From Trypanosoma brucei (lineage: Eukaryota), in NCBI GenBank assembly GCA_000002445.1, contig CM000207.1:1984001-2048000 (forward strand): a stretch of DNA of 64,000 nucleotides, in the 5' to 3' direction. The notes under the pieces were generated by a model that saw only the letters and a program-made list of their open reading frames with translations, searched no databases and was not told where the DNA came from. Position numbers and translations under genes: made by a program. Shown one piece after another: positions 10,456-21,659 of the stretch (position 1 is its first letter; each line of letters opens with the position of its first letter).

Positions 10456-12849
10456 AATAGAGAAAAAAATGGGCAATAGATTTGTTAATGAGAGCATATA
10501 TATACATATGTATATATACGCTACATTTTATATATGTGACGCGAGGAAGAAGAAAAAAAATGATTAATCAAAGAATGTGTAATCGGTTAGTATCCACTTA
10601 CAAGAATTTATGTTTATATTCCTCTGTATGTGCATGTTTGGTGATTCGTAACCAAACCGTCTTTTGCGTGGTCTTACCATCCGATTCCCCTTATCTTGCT
10701 TAAACGTGATTATGTTTGTTGCAGCCCAAAGTGCTTGACGTGCACTTCGCTCCTGTCATCAGTTTGTGCGCGGCCAAAAATTTTTTTATTGTGTTCCTTC
10801 GCCCTCGTAAAGAAAAGGGCTGTGAGCGAGGAAGAGAAAGAGGAAGGTGTCACGAGCACGCTAACATTCTTTACAAAAATCATCCCTTTACATACAGGCT
10901 GCGCGCAATAAGGCAAGCATGTGTGCTTTATGACTGTGTGTTACATAGTACAAAAATTTCAGTTGTCGCGGCGCGAAGTAAGCAAGGAGAAATAATAAGT
11001 GGGTTAGAAGGTATGGGGGAAAAACAAACAAACATACTACAAATATATATCTGTATCTATATATAAATATACATGCTTCTATATTTATAATAACGAGGCA
11101 AAGTTGGTAACGACAACGGCAAAAGGGAGTGCAAATAAAGTGATGTCGCAACGACAAGGGGTAAAAAAGGGAATTCAAGCGGAGGAAGCGTTTCGACTTG
11201 GTATACCTTTTTTAAAAGTGAATGTTTAATAAAGGGGTGATCGATACAAAAACGGCAAAAATGAAACAACGAAACGAAAAGAAGCACATATGTGGCTGCG
11301 TGGGATACCCTAAAGTTAAATTTCTCGCTCACTCTTTTGTCTTTCTTCCTCTTTTTTTTTCGACTTCCTTCATTCTTTCATAAATAAACAGACTGAGACA
11401 GATTGTGAGAAGGTAAAAGGAACTAATCGAGAAAGGATAAAAGGAATATAACAGTAAAGAAAATTAGAGTATGTATCGTGCCCATTTCTTCGCGTCGGTT
11501 CTGCTACTGACGATGTGGATTTGTTCCCTTTGATGATCCTCTTATTTATAATCATCATTGCTTTTGTTGCTTTTATTATTTTAACTTTACTTTTCATCCT
11601 TCCTTCTGTTTTGGCATTTTACTCGCATTTTTTTCTTTATTTCGTTGTTATTTGTGAACCTTCTCAGACATCGAATGCATCTTACTACTGTTATTATAAT
11701 TGGAGAGAAAGATCAGAATCCACAAATCATTCCTCTTGATGTCTGTTTTGTTTTTTTTTTTTGGTTTGGTTCTTATGATTTTATTTGGGCCTTATTGTTT
11801 ATTGACGCTGGCTTCTTTCTCCTTTCTGCTGGACCATTCAGTACCATGGGTGTCCGTTAACTCCCCCTTTCGTAGCGTTATTCAGTCCCTTTCTAATATC
11901 AAAATTTATACTGTCATCACTATTTATATTTGGTATGTGAAACAAAATCCAAATGGCAACGATTAGGTTGGGACGCACACTGAGATGAGGCTGGCGCTGC
12001 GTCGAATAGAAACAATCACTTATTTGTTGATACCTATTCATTTGGTTGCTACTGTACGCTACAATACGGGGTTTATATTAGGATTTACTTATATATATAT
12101 GTGTGTGTATATGTATGTATTCCTCACGAATGAGTGTATGAATATGCAAGAATGCGTATTCATATGTAGCTGAAAGTGTATACCGCATATTGTGTGTTTT
12201 TACCTGTGTGTTTGCATGTGTTACATGTACTGCGTTTGATGTGACAATATATCTTTTCTGATGGCTTTGTTGTGAATTGAGTCTCTGCACCAGTTTCGTG
12301 TGGGTTGTGTTAATTTTCCTCTTCATTATTCTTCCCATCTTTTCCTTAGTATTCTTCGAAGTACACAGCAGTTAGCTTAACCACTGATCCCTTGGTTATT
12401 CACAGCATTTGTATTTGTTGGCGGTGGAACTTATCACCAAAACGGGCTTTCTTTCGTACGATCTCCGGGCAAAACTTTGCATATATTTTAAAATATATTG
12501 GTTGTGTTGTAAGCACGAGGGCCATACGAGCGCGTCTGACTGAGGGGGGGGAAAACAAGACTCGTCAAACCTCACTGAATTACCCTTGTGTGTTATTACT
12601 GTTTTCCGGGAACTTTAAGTGTCGTAGTGTATAAAAAGATTTTCTGCCTCGGAAAAGGAATTTGGGGAACGAGATTCAGTGTTTAGCCGAAAATTACAGA
12701 AAAGAGTAACTTTTTTGGTATATACATATATTATACGGCCGCCAAATTTGTCGTTTTCTGTTAAAGTTAAGAAAAACAAAAGAAGGAGCTGCAAAGCTTC
12801 GGGAAGTGGTAGAGAACGATTAGAAGAAAATAGTGAAATAACAACGTGA

Positions 12850-14118
12850 ATGTCCGTCGTTGAAATGGAGAAGGATTCTCAACCAGAACAACCAATGAGG
12901 TCGAAGAACTTCCTTCACCGCGTTGGCACAACGATTTTATTCGTTGGAACATCCTTTGCTCTTAGCGTGTGCACCCCAAGATTTCTTCCATCAGCGGTGA
13001 AAGATTTCGCTCCAACCATCATGTGGGGGTTCACGTGTTTTTGTGTCCGGAGAGCCTTCAAAATGATGATGACGCTCGTGCTGATTACGCATCTGCTGGC
13101 ATCCGGAGCCTCACTATGGTCTTGTGGGTTCTCCAACCGTGTTGCGAATCGTGCCCTAATATTTCCCTCCTTTGCTTCGCTTGCAGCACTTCTCGCCACT
13201 TGGCGGTTACCGACGATGCCTCTTGAACGTGCGATTGGAGTGAGTCTGGTGCAGACATGGTCCATTTCTTGTGGTCTGATTCTCTTTGCCGTATTTCCTG
13301 CAACTCTCATATCCGGCAGCAACTGGAATCAGGCCAAACGCGATGCGCGCTTTGATCAGGTTATTGAACGTGCAACAGATCAGCGGGTGGAGAGGTTTAC
13401 CGTCCAATCTACGGGTGGTGTTCAGTTGGATGCCGTAGCGGTGATGCCGGAGGACCCAACAGAGCACTGGGTTGCATACTTTGGCGGGAATGCGGAAATA
13501 ATGGAAAACAGCACGGAGGATATGGCTTTTTCTAATCACCTTGTGCATGCTAATTGGTTGTTTCACAACCCGCGCGGCGTAGGAAGAAGCAGTGGATATG
13601 TATGTTGGGCTAACGACTTGGTGGACGATGCCGAGGCTGTTGTGTGGGAAGCGGTTCGACGTTACAATATTAACCCCAAAAATCTTATTTTGTGGGGACA
13701 CAGTATTGGTGGCGGGGTTGCAGCTGCACTAGCAGGGCGCTATAGCGATTTCCCCTTCCCAGTGTTGTTGGATAGGACATTCTCGCGCCTTAGCGATGCT
13801 GCCGTGTCCTTCTCACCGTTTCCTGCCACTGTGACAAGGGGTGCTATTAAGGTAACAACAGGTGACCTTAATGTTGTTAAGAGCTGCCGCAGTTTGAAGG
13901 GTCGTAATGTGTTGGTTATATTCCACCGCTCGGATGAAATAATTCGGTTCAATATTTCCTCAATCGCACGTCCCACTGCGGTAAAGAAGTCGGGTTTAAA
14001 TAAAAGTTCGTTTTTGGAGCTCCAGAGCACGTTCGTCCCCTCTCCTCACAACACTCCACTGGATTATTTTCCTGAGGTGACGCAGATACAAAGGCGTATC
14101 ATTCAACTTTATGAATAA
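12850..14118 (+). CDS. Alpha/beta-hydrolase fold protein (serine hydrolase) with N-terminal TM segments.
   Basis: ATG start. Hydrophobic N-terminal helices followed by a 'LILWGHSIGGGVAAALAG' nucleophile elbow (GHSxG). Confidence 0.7.
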   Translation: MSVVEMEKDSQPEQPMRSKNFLHRVGTTILFVGTSFALSVCTPRFLPSAVKDFAPTIMWGFTCFCVRRAFKMMMTLVLITHLLASGASLWSCGFSNRVANRALIFPSFASLAALLATWRLPTMPLERAIGVSLVQTWSISCGLILFAVFPATLISGSNWNQAKRDARFDQVIERATDQRVERFTVQSTGGVQLDAVAVMPEDPTEHWVAYFGGNAEIMENSTEDMAFSNHLVHANWLFHNPRGVGRSSGYVCWANDLVDDAEAVVWEAVRRYNINPKNLILWGHSIGGGVAAALAGRYSDFPFPVLLDRTFSRLSDAAVSFSPFPATVTRGAIKVTTGDLNVVKSCRSLKGRNVLVIFHRSDEIIRFNISSIARPTAVKKSGLNKSSFLELQSTFVPSPHNTPLDYFPEVTQIQRRIIQLYE

Positions 14119-14910
14119 TCGCGAAATACTTTAACAAAATACAAAAAGGAAAAAATCGACACACACACACACATGCACTTCGTACATCTGGCGTTGTTGT
14201 TGCTTTGTGAGACCTCGTGCGCATCGCACCCTTCCCCCTTTTTTTGTTCTTCACCATCTACTTTTTATTGTGAAGAAATTCGCATGAGCATCCTTCCTTC
14301 TTCTCCCTTCTCGCCTACCCTTGTTTCATCCCAATTCAAGAGACTCGAGGAGTTTTTGACGGCGTGATGTAAAAACATGTGAACTCTGTGATTTTTTTTT
14401 AATATATGCGTTTGTGGTAACCTGTTCTTATCCCAATTCATCACCGGTTGCTATTGTTGTGGTGGGTAGTAATAGTGAAATTGCAATGAAACAGCGCCAC
14501 AGGCACGTTCAAGAGCGTAACAAAGCTGTGTGCACATGGTTTTATACGCACGCATACGTTTTAATTTGATCAACTTTCTACTATATTTGCTACCTACGTC
14601 ATGTTGTTGACCTTTTCTCGCAATAGACTTCTGCCTTGTTAGGCTGCCGATCAGTTTACTTATTTATTTTTTTAACTGCATTCTTTTACCCCAATACTCC
14701 TTTCACCTAGAACACGCGTTTTAACGTGAGTGTTGCTACCCAAAGAGTGAGGGAAAACAATAAGAAAGGGAATAGAACAAAAGGGAGCCGCCATTAACAT
14801 AGCGAGAATAGTGACAGCTACACCTGCATTGGTGAACACGAGACCTGTAAATATCACGAGGAATAAACGGCTGAGTAGCGTTTATTTCATAGGAAGGGGA
14901 GATAGCTGCA

Positions 14911-17900
14911 ATGAAACTCTTCACACCAGAGGAGACCAAACGGGATGAGTCGCGACAGCGAGACCACGCGTCACCCGCGGAGGGTTCCGGGTCTAATGTA
15001 ACTGTCGTTTCTGGTGTTTGCTCCGCTGAAAGAAGTGTCATACGCGATGCGGAACAGGCCTTTAAGGATGTGGTGACAACCTCACTTGAGGAAATATTAC
15101 GATTGCGACCACGTGAACCTATGCGGCTCCTGGTAGACAATTTGCTGAAAAGTAGTTCAACCCATGAAATAGAACGTCACGAGATTTCTGTGGGAGACGG
15201 TACGAACTGTGTTCTCTCAAAGGCATGCACACGGAAGAATGGAGCGGACTCGCTATGTGTCGGTGGCCTTCCACTCCTGCGACTTATAGCACCGAACAGT
15301 TTTGAGGTAGACGCGGCGGTTCGTTGCCTTAGCGAAACAATCGACCCCGATGCGAAATTGATTGTTTTCATCGAACAGCCGAATCCATCTGTCGATTTGT
15401 TTTTTGTGGGAGGTATACCATACTTCGCTAATTTGACGGAGCAATTAATGGCACGGCGTCGTGACGGTAATCCTGACACAGTTCTTGATAGCGCCGTTGG
15501 CACTGATAAAATAATAGCTCATATTGGAGAGGCACTGAGGTTAGGCACTAAAACAATAAAGGAAACTATCGGTTCACTTGCTGCATCAATGCAGCGGTGT
15601 TCATTTATTGAGCTTCCCAGGCTGCAGCGTAACTTCTTCGAGATGTTTCATGTCGTGGACGCTGCTCTACACTCTCGCAAGCACGACCACCTATTTCCTC
15701 ACTCGGTTACATCTGTTCCGGGCGTTCTTCTGGTTTCATATAACCCATCTACGGCTCCCATGACCTTCACAAGGGTTATCGCAACTGTTTTGCCGTTGTA
15801 CGAAGAAGTGCAGCGCCTTAAGGTGGCGGAAACTCTTCTTGCAAATAAAACCCGCATACAAAAGTTAGACTTTCACTACGTCACGGAATATTGGAGGGGA
15901 GTGCTTCAGAGACGTGATTCACGGGACAAAACGCGGGGAGAATCGGTCACAGTAAGCCAGCGTGCTCCAAAGAAAGCATCCGGGCGTAACCCCAAGGGGA
16001 ATCCACCAAAACCGAAAACATTGCCAGTGGAGCAACTTCTAAGGGTGCAGAGGCGTGAGAGCGAGGACGCGGCGTTTCTTCGTGTTGTTCAACACCTTCA
16101 GTCGAATGCTGTGGTGCGTATTCAGGCGCTGTATCGCGGGCACCGATGGAGGAAACGGCTTGGATCGGCATTGAGTGACAAGTTACGGACCCGTGCCCAA
16201 ACATCTAGTGAGGCACAGTGGGTGGAGGATCTTCCCCTGTCAACACCACCTCTCTTGCGACAGTGCGTTGAAAAGGTCAGTGCGGCACACGGTGAGTTGT
16301 TTGGCAATTATGTGATATCATGCCCGCCCATGCCACGCATCGTAAAAATTTTGAAACCTACATCACGTGCGATCAAGGTACGTAAAGAAGACGGCACTGA
16401 AGATGTTGACAGCGAAGAGGAAACGTGGGAGGAGGAGCATATTGTTGTGCCAGTGAATCGTCAAACGAAACCGCCACCTCACTTTAACTTGCTACGTCGC
16501 CTTATGGAGTGCGAATATGCTGGTAGGTGCAACACCGTGAAGTACGCTGCTAATATCCAACAAGATTGCGCCGGTCTTTCAACGCTTCAACGACGTGCAT
16601 ATGATTGTTACAAGTCGCTGGTGCTAAATCTCCTACATATTGCATACTTGGAATTGTATCGCAGGGGGAGGATACCTTTAACCGTAAGGAATTTTGAAGA
16701 ATATGTTAACCGCTGGCACTCGGAAATATTTAGCTGGTTCTCAGCGCCGCACATTTTTTCGCGTATCGCCCTCCGAAAGGCGATGAAACCACCATACCCT
16801 GTTCCGGTAATATGCACGAAGGAGACTTTGGAGAAGGAGCGCGTACTCATTGTACGGGCATACGGTAGGGGTGGGATCTACCATGGTCCTAGTTCGGAGA
16901 AGGGTGCCGTGAAGGAGTGTAAGGAGAGCCTAACCGAGGAAGAAAGAGATGAGGAACAGGAAGAATTCTTGCAAACACTACCACCCCTCCCGCCTTTAGA
17001 TTCCGGTGTGGACAACGAACATTACATTTCCGGAGTATACGCAGCACCGGTCCTTCTCTCTCAAAGATGGTGGGAAGCAACTTTGAAAAGACTAACCTCA
17101 AGCAACCGTGAAGCGAAAGTGGCTTGGTGGACCCTTTATGATAATCCGGCAGTGTATATCAACGGTCAACCAGTCTCTTTGGTCCCTCGTCATGAGTTGC
17201 AGGAAGTTGAAGGTCGTCCATCCTTTGACGAACTAGTGCCGTGCATAGAAGTAGCACGAAAAGCTCCATGTAACTCAACATCATCAAAGGAATGTTCGAA
17301 CTGTGATCCAATATCCCCGGCGCGCTGCCGTCGATTTACCCTAAGTTGTGCGGGTGGCGAAACAGTGTCCCCGGAACCAACTAGCGATCATCGGGTTGAA
17401 GAAGGTAAGACGACACCTGGTGCGAGTGGTGCAGTAGATGCAGCTACCGATACCGATGGTGAAAGCTCTGTCTCTACCTTTGGTGTTTCGCTAGAGAGCG
17501 AGGACTCTCACCTCGTACACGAGTTGCAGCAAAATTTTCTTGACGATCAGACGGAGACATACCCTCAGTATTGTACGGTAGGTCCTCTCTGTCAGTACAG
17601 TATTCCTGCCCCTGTACATGGTCTACAACCACTTATTATCGCACCGCCAATGCCCAGTGTGCATTGCAGCGAACACGGCTACCAGTGTAGAGAAGATCGC
17701 AACACCTCTTCCACAGGTATCGACTCCGCGTGCTACTTTCCGAGTGACCATGCCGTCTCCCATGGAAGTGAGACGGCGTTTAATCATCAGAACTCCGTAA
17801 CACTGGAATGGGACGACTTTTCGGTCGCATCGCAAAGAAAACCTTCGGTTGGGCAACCGTCTCGAACAACCGCCAAAAAGAGTTCCGCTTTTGGGGAAGG

Positions 17901-18756
17901 CGCCAATGTACACAACGTCGCGACCGTTAGTGCCATGGCGACACATGTGGGTCAGCGAATTATGCACGAAGGACGGTTTTTACACGAAAGACCTTGGCTC
18001 ACGCCAGTTTGTATTCGGTCGCGAGGTCCATCCTTCTCTGATTTTATGATCAAGTGTCTTCACCAGATGCGTGACGGTTACAAGATCGTTGTTGCAGTGG
18101 ATGAACCGTATCAGATCATGTTGTTCAACGCCGTATGTCTGTTGAAGATGGCGGCGAAGGAAGAGGAAGATTTAGAGAGAACCCTGGCCCCAGATACGCC
18201 ACTTCAAGAAGAATCAGTGGTCCCTACATTAGCGCCACATGAGCTCCTTTCAAGCGAAACGGCGGAGTGCCTTTCCCTCTTACAACCCTTCTATGATGAA
18301 CTGAGTAAGAGCGTTGACAACACTGTTGTTTCTGTTGAAGGGTGCGCCATTATGGTGCAGAAAGTAATGAAGCGGATGTCTCCAGGAGGACTCTTGTTTC
18401 TTGATCAAATTCCCATGCTTATGGAGCAAGCAGAAAGGGAAAAAAACCAGCGTTTGCTCGGTGAATCCATACTTGCAGTTGTGCAGCGGATAGAGTTGTT
18501 TTGCTGGTTGGTAATCTTCGAAGCGTTTCTCGCATCAGCGATTAGAAGTCAATCAAACGGCATGAAAATTGATGAGATTTTGCCAAAGTTTCACACGTAT
18601 GTTAACGCTTCCAATGTTGTGCATTGGATTGACTACATCGACCCTTGGAAGGATGTGCCTCACCGATCGCCAGATCCGTTTCATTTGCGGTACAGCAATG
18701 GGCTGCGGCGATGGGACAATCCAAGTTTCATTTTTAGAGGCGCGACTGTGTTGTAG
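14911..18756 (+). CDS. Large hypothetical protein (1281 aa) with an N-terminal Dpy-30/RIIa-like motif and an IQ motif.
   Basis: ATG start. 'EEILRLRPREPMRLLVDNLLK' resembles a Dpy-30 dimerisation motif. 'IQALYRGHRWRKRL' is an IQ calmodulin-binding motif. Remainder unrecognised. Confidence 0.6.
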   Translation: MKLFTPEETKRDESRQRDHASPAEGSGSNVTVVSGVCSAERSVIRDAEQAFKDVVTTSLEEILRLRPREPMRLLVDNLLKSSSTHEIERHEISVGDGTNCVLSKACTRKNGADSLCVGGLPLLRLIAPNSFEVDAAVRCLSETIDPDAKLIVFIEQPNPSVDLFFVGGIPYFANLTEQLMARRRDGNPDTVLDSAVGTDKIIAHIGEALRLGTKTIKETIGSLAASMQRCSFIELPRLQRNFFEMFHVVDAALHSRKHDHLFPHSVTSVPGVLLVSYNPSTAPMTFTRVIATVLPLYEEVQRLKVAETLLANKTRIQKLDFHYVTEYWRGVLQRRDSRDKTRGESVTVSQRAPKKASGRNPKGNPPKPKTLPVEQLLRVQRRESEDAAFLRVVQHLQSNAVVRIQALYRGHRWRKRLGSALSDKLRTRAQTSSEAQWVEDLPLSTPPLLRQCVEKVSAAHGELFGNYVISCPPMPRIVKILKPTSRAIKVRKEDGTEDVDSEEETWEEEHIVVPVNRQTKPPPHFNLLRRLMECEYAGRCNTVKYAANIQQDCAGLSTLQRRAYDCYKSLVLNLLHIAYLELYRRGRIPLTVRNFEEYVNRWHSEIFSWFSAPHIFSRIALRKAMKPPYPVPVICTKETLEKERVLIVRAYGRGGIYHGPSSEKGAVKECKESLTEEERDEEQEEFLQTLPPLPPLDSGVDNEHYISGVYAAPVLLSQRWWEATLKRLTSSNREAKVAWWTLYDNPAVYINGQPVSLVPRHELQEVEGRPSFDELVPCIEVARKAPCNSTSSKECSNCDPISPARCRRFTLSCAGGETVSPEPTSDHRVEEGKTTPGASGAVDAATDTDGESSVSTFGVSLESEDSHLVHELQQNFLDDQTETYPQYCTVGPLCQYSIPAPVHGLQPLIIAPPMPSVHCSEHGYQCREDRNTSSTGIDSACYFPSDHAVSHGSETAFNHQNSVTLEWDDFSVASQRKPSVGQPSRTTAKKSSAFGEGANVHNVATVSAMATHVGQRIMHEGRFLHERPWLTPVCIRSRGPSFSDFMIKCLHQMRDGYKIVVAVDEPYQIMLFNAVCLLKMAAKEEEDLERTLAPDTPLQEESVVPTLAPHELLSSETAECLSLLQPFYDELSKSVDNTVVSVEGCAIMVQKVMKRMSPGGLLFLDQIPMLMEQAEREKNQRLLGESILAVVQRIELFCWLVIFEAFLASAIRSQSNGMKIDEILPKFHTYVNASNVVHWIDYIDPWKDVPHRSPDPFHLRYSNGLRRWDNPSFIFRGATVL

Positions 18757-19413
18757 GTGTTCATAGCCCCTTTATTATCTCAGCCTTCCAATAGGGTGGC
18801 TGTAGAACTGAGGTACGTAGGGAGCGGCACTGAGAGGTAAAGGATAATGTCAAGATGATAAACATTAAGGTGTTTCTTGTTGTGTTCCTGGGACACCTTT
18901 TGTGCTCTGGTGTAGCCTGATGTGTGGTTCATTTGTTGTTCCGCTATCACATCACCTCCACCATCGTCTCGCGTTTGTTTTTCCGCTTTTCGTACTGGAT
19001 GTGTCTACATTAGATTTGATTTTTATGTATGTGTGTGTTATTATTATTGTTATTTTTAATCAAATAAAAAAAACAGTTTGCATGCTGCTGGCCATCAAAG
19101 GAAGAAAATACATTAAATTTGTATACTTGTGGTGGCAGGAGGTGGGCACGATGGCGTTCTGGTGCACATCAAATGTAAGAAGATAGGACATTTCCTCTGT
19201 CGTCTTCTTTCGTTCCATTCAAAGGTCGGCAGTTTGTTGTCTATGTCCTTTGCAAATTCTGTGCTGTTACCATCAAGCGAGTGTGTCGGTACCCCTCCAT
19301 GTTTCTATTAACGGCCCTTCATTTCCCCCCCCCTTTTTTAACACTTCTCTGCGCAAGGCTTCCATCCCCTTTTTGCCGCCCCCACGGGGTGCAAGCTACT
19401 TTGTGTGCTGTTC

Positions 19414-21318
19414 ATGTGGTGGAGTGTTCGCCTTTTCCAACGCGGGACGGCAGCCGGCCCAACCGCAATGACCGCCGCCTCACCGCTCACTGAATCATGC
19501 GCCACGCAGCAGGTAACAACCAAGAATGTTCGTCGTCCAAGCAAGTTACAACGTCAAATGTTTATGGATCGCATGAAGAAGCGGCACCGTGCAAGGGTGA
19601 AAATGATCGCTGCACAAGAGCAATCACATTTGGCTACGGTACGCTCCTCGAATTTGAACGGGCGCGACGTCATTATGGCTCAGCTTGCGGATGAAATATT
19701 TAGCAGGGGACATAAACACGTCTGCTGTGCCACAAACATCTCTTTTGTACCAGATGGTAACCCCGCAATGCCAGAGGTTGCACTCGCAGGACGGGGGCAG
19801 TGTGGAAAAAGTTCACTGTTGAGGTCTCTGTTTCGCTCGTCTAGAGAAGTAGGACGCTCGAACGTGAAGTTGCGTCGTGATGCGATGAACTTTTTTAATG
19901 TGGGTGGAGGTGTCTTCAATATTGTGGATCTTCCGGGATTCGGCGGCACTTCGGTGCCATGGTCCACGCTCCTTCAACATGCTGTTCTACTACGGAACTT
20001 TGTGCGGTGCCGACCGAACCTCAAGATGTTGTATTATTGCATGGATGTGCACTACAGGCACGGAGTTTATATTCAAGACCTCGATCTGCTGCGTTTCCTT
20101 TCCAAGGAAGTACCAAATTTCACGATTGTCGTAACAAAAGGTGACCAGTTAGACACTACAAAGTCGCGAAATGTGTTTAGGTTGGAGGATATACGAAAAG
20201 AGCTGTTATTCCATGACATAACGCATCCAGTACTTGTTACAAGTGCCTATCATATGGGAGGTGTTGATGCACTTCGCTTTGACATGGTGATGAACTGCCT
20301 TCACGCACTTCCCACGGAACGCCTAACAATAACTGAAGCGAAGCGACTGTCGGAGCGGCTCCTAACACAGCGCGAAATTGGGACCGTACGACATTTGCCG
20401 TTGGCACCCACACAACTGCAGGATGAATTAAGGAACTGGAGCGAAGAAGTGGAAAAAGAACGGGCAATAGAGCCAGTTACACCGGGAAGTATGGAGCAGA
20501 AGCATGAGGGTGAATCCGCACATGGTTTAAGCGAGCGTGACACAAACACCAGTGGTTGTTCAAGAGGCAAATGCACTTCAAAGGCAGTAGCGGTTGAGGT
20601 GGGTAGCTCTGTTACTCCCGCTGATATCTCCCTTGCGCTAGATCAGGCAGAAGCGTTTACCTCTCTCAAGAAAAAGGTAACCAACGAAGGGTTGATGAAA
20701 TACGTTAGACAAACAAGTCCGTGGCGCAATCCACTCTTGTGGCCAGAAAATGTTGTGCCAACAAAACATCCGAAGGCCAATATCATGCGATGTCCGGAGG
20801 ACCCACACAACCCTTATCTTACTCAGGCGCATTTTGTGTGCCCACGCGCCGACATGTACTTCCGTCGACCAAACGTTGGTACCCGCAAGGGTGTGGAAAA
20901 GGGTCGCTACGAGGCAGATCGGCCACTGGCCTTCCTCCTTAAACCTTATACCATTCCGTATTTCCCTGATGTTGTCGACGTGAAAATGCATCCACTACCG
21001 TGGACATTTCTCGGAAGTCGTGAGGCATACTATGAATCAACTGGTGGGCGTCAACTCGGGGTGCGCATGGCACAGTACGTTACTAACGGTGAGATACGCG
21101 CACTTAACGACAACCCTGCACCCACACAACCTGATCTTACGAAGGAGCTTCAGAAGTTGGAGCGTAAGAGGTATGGTTCATCCATCGCGATGCTACGACC
21201 ACCGGGAAAGCAGGTGAAGGGTCTAACCACCGGTATGCCGTCAGTGCTTATTCACGGTAGCGAATGTGTTGATCAAGTAACCGCAGCGCCTCCACAACCC
21301 TTAGGCGCAGGAAAGTAA
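19414..21318 (+). CDS. EngB/YihA-like GTP-binding protein with long N- and C-terminal extensions (candidate organellar ribosome-biogenesis GTPase).
   Basis: G1 'GRGQCGKSSLL', G3 'DLPGFGG', G4 'VTKGDQL'. The called start at 19405 is GTG; the first ATG is 19414; an alternative ATG at 19468 gives MTAASPL.... Confidence 0.6.
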   Translation: MWWSVRLFQRGTAAGPTAMTAASPLTESCATQQVTTKNVRRPSKLQRQMFMDRMKKRHRARVKMIAAQEQSHLATVRSSNLNGRDVIMAQLADEIFSRGHKHVCCATNISFVPDGNPAMPEVALAGRGQCGKSSLLRSLFRSSREVGRSNVKLRRDAMNFFNVGGGVFNIVDLPGFGGTSVPWSTLLQHAVLLRNFVRCRPNLKMLYYCMDVHYRHGVYIQDLDLLRFLSKEVPNFTIVVTKGDQLDTTKSRNVFRLEDIRKELLFHDITHPVLVTSAYHMGGVDALRFDMVMNCLHALPTERLTITEAKRLSERLLTQREIGTVRHLPLAPTQLQDELRNWSEEVEKERAIEPVTPGSMEQKHEGESAHGLSERDTNTSGCSRGKCTSKAVAVEVGSSVTPADISLALDQAEAFTSLKKKVTNEGLMKYVRQTSPWRNPLLWPENVVPTKHPKANIMRCPEDPHNPYLTQAHFVCPRADMYFRRPNVGTRKGVEKGRYEADRPLAFLLKPYTIPYFPDVVDVKMHPLPWTFLGSREAYYESTGGRQLGVRMAQYVTNGEIRALNDNPAPTQPDLTKELQKLERKRYGSSIAMLRPPGKQVKGLTTGMPSVLIHGSECVDQVTAAPPQPLGAGK

Positions 21319-21659
21319 CGACATGTTCACGGAGGCCTGTTTCTTCACAAATATGTTTCTGAATGACGCAGTGGAGGAGATCTACATGAGTGGTATATAC
21401 TTTCTGTCATTAACGTCACCCATGCGAGCGAACGCAAAAAAAGTGTGAGGGTTGCTGCTGAAGTTGCGGCACGTAGGGATGCAAGGTTTAAGTCCCGCTT
21501 CAGTCGAGCCGGGTTTATGAACTGTTACTACTTTAGTTTGGTGTACACGCACCTGTGGGTTGCACAGATGTAACCATTCTCAGATTCTCCATACTTTGAT
21601 CCCTCTCGATTGTCCTTGTGTACATGTACAAAAACTAATGCAGGTAGCTTAGTGTTTAA

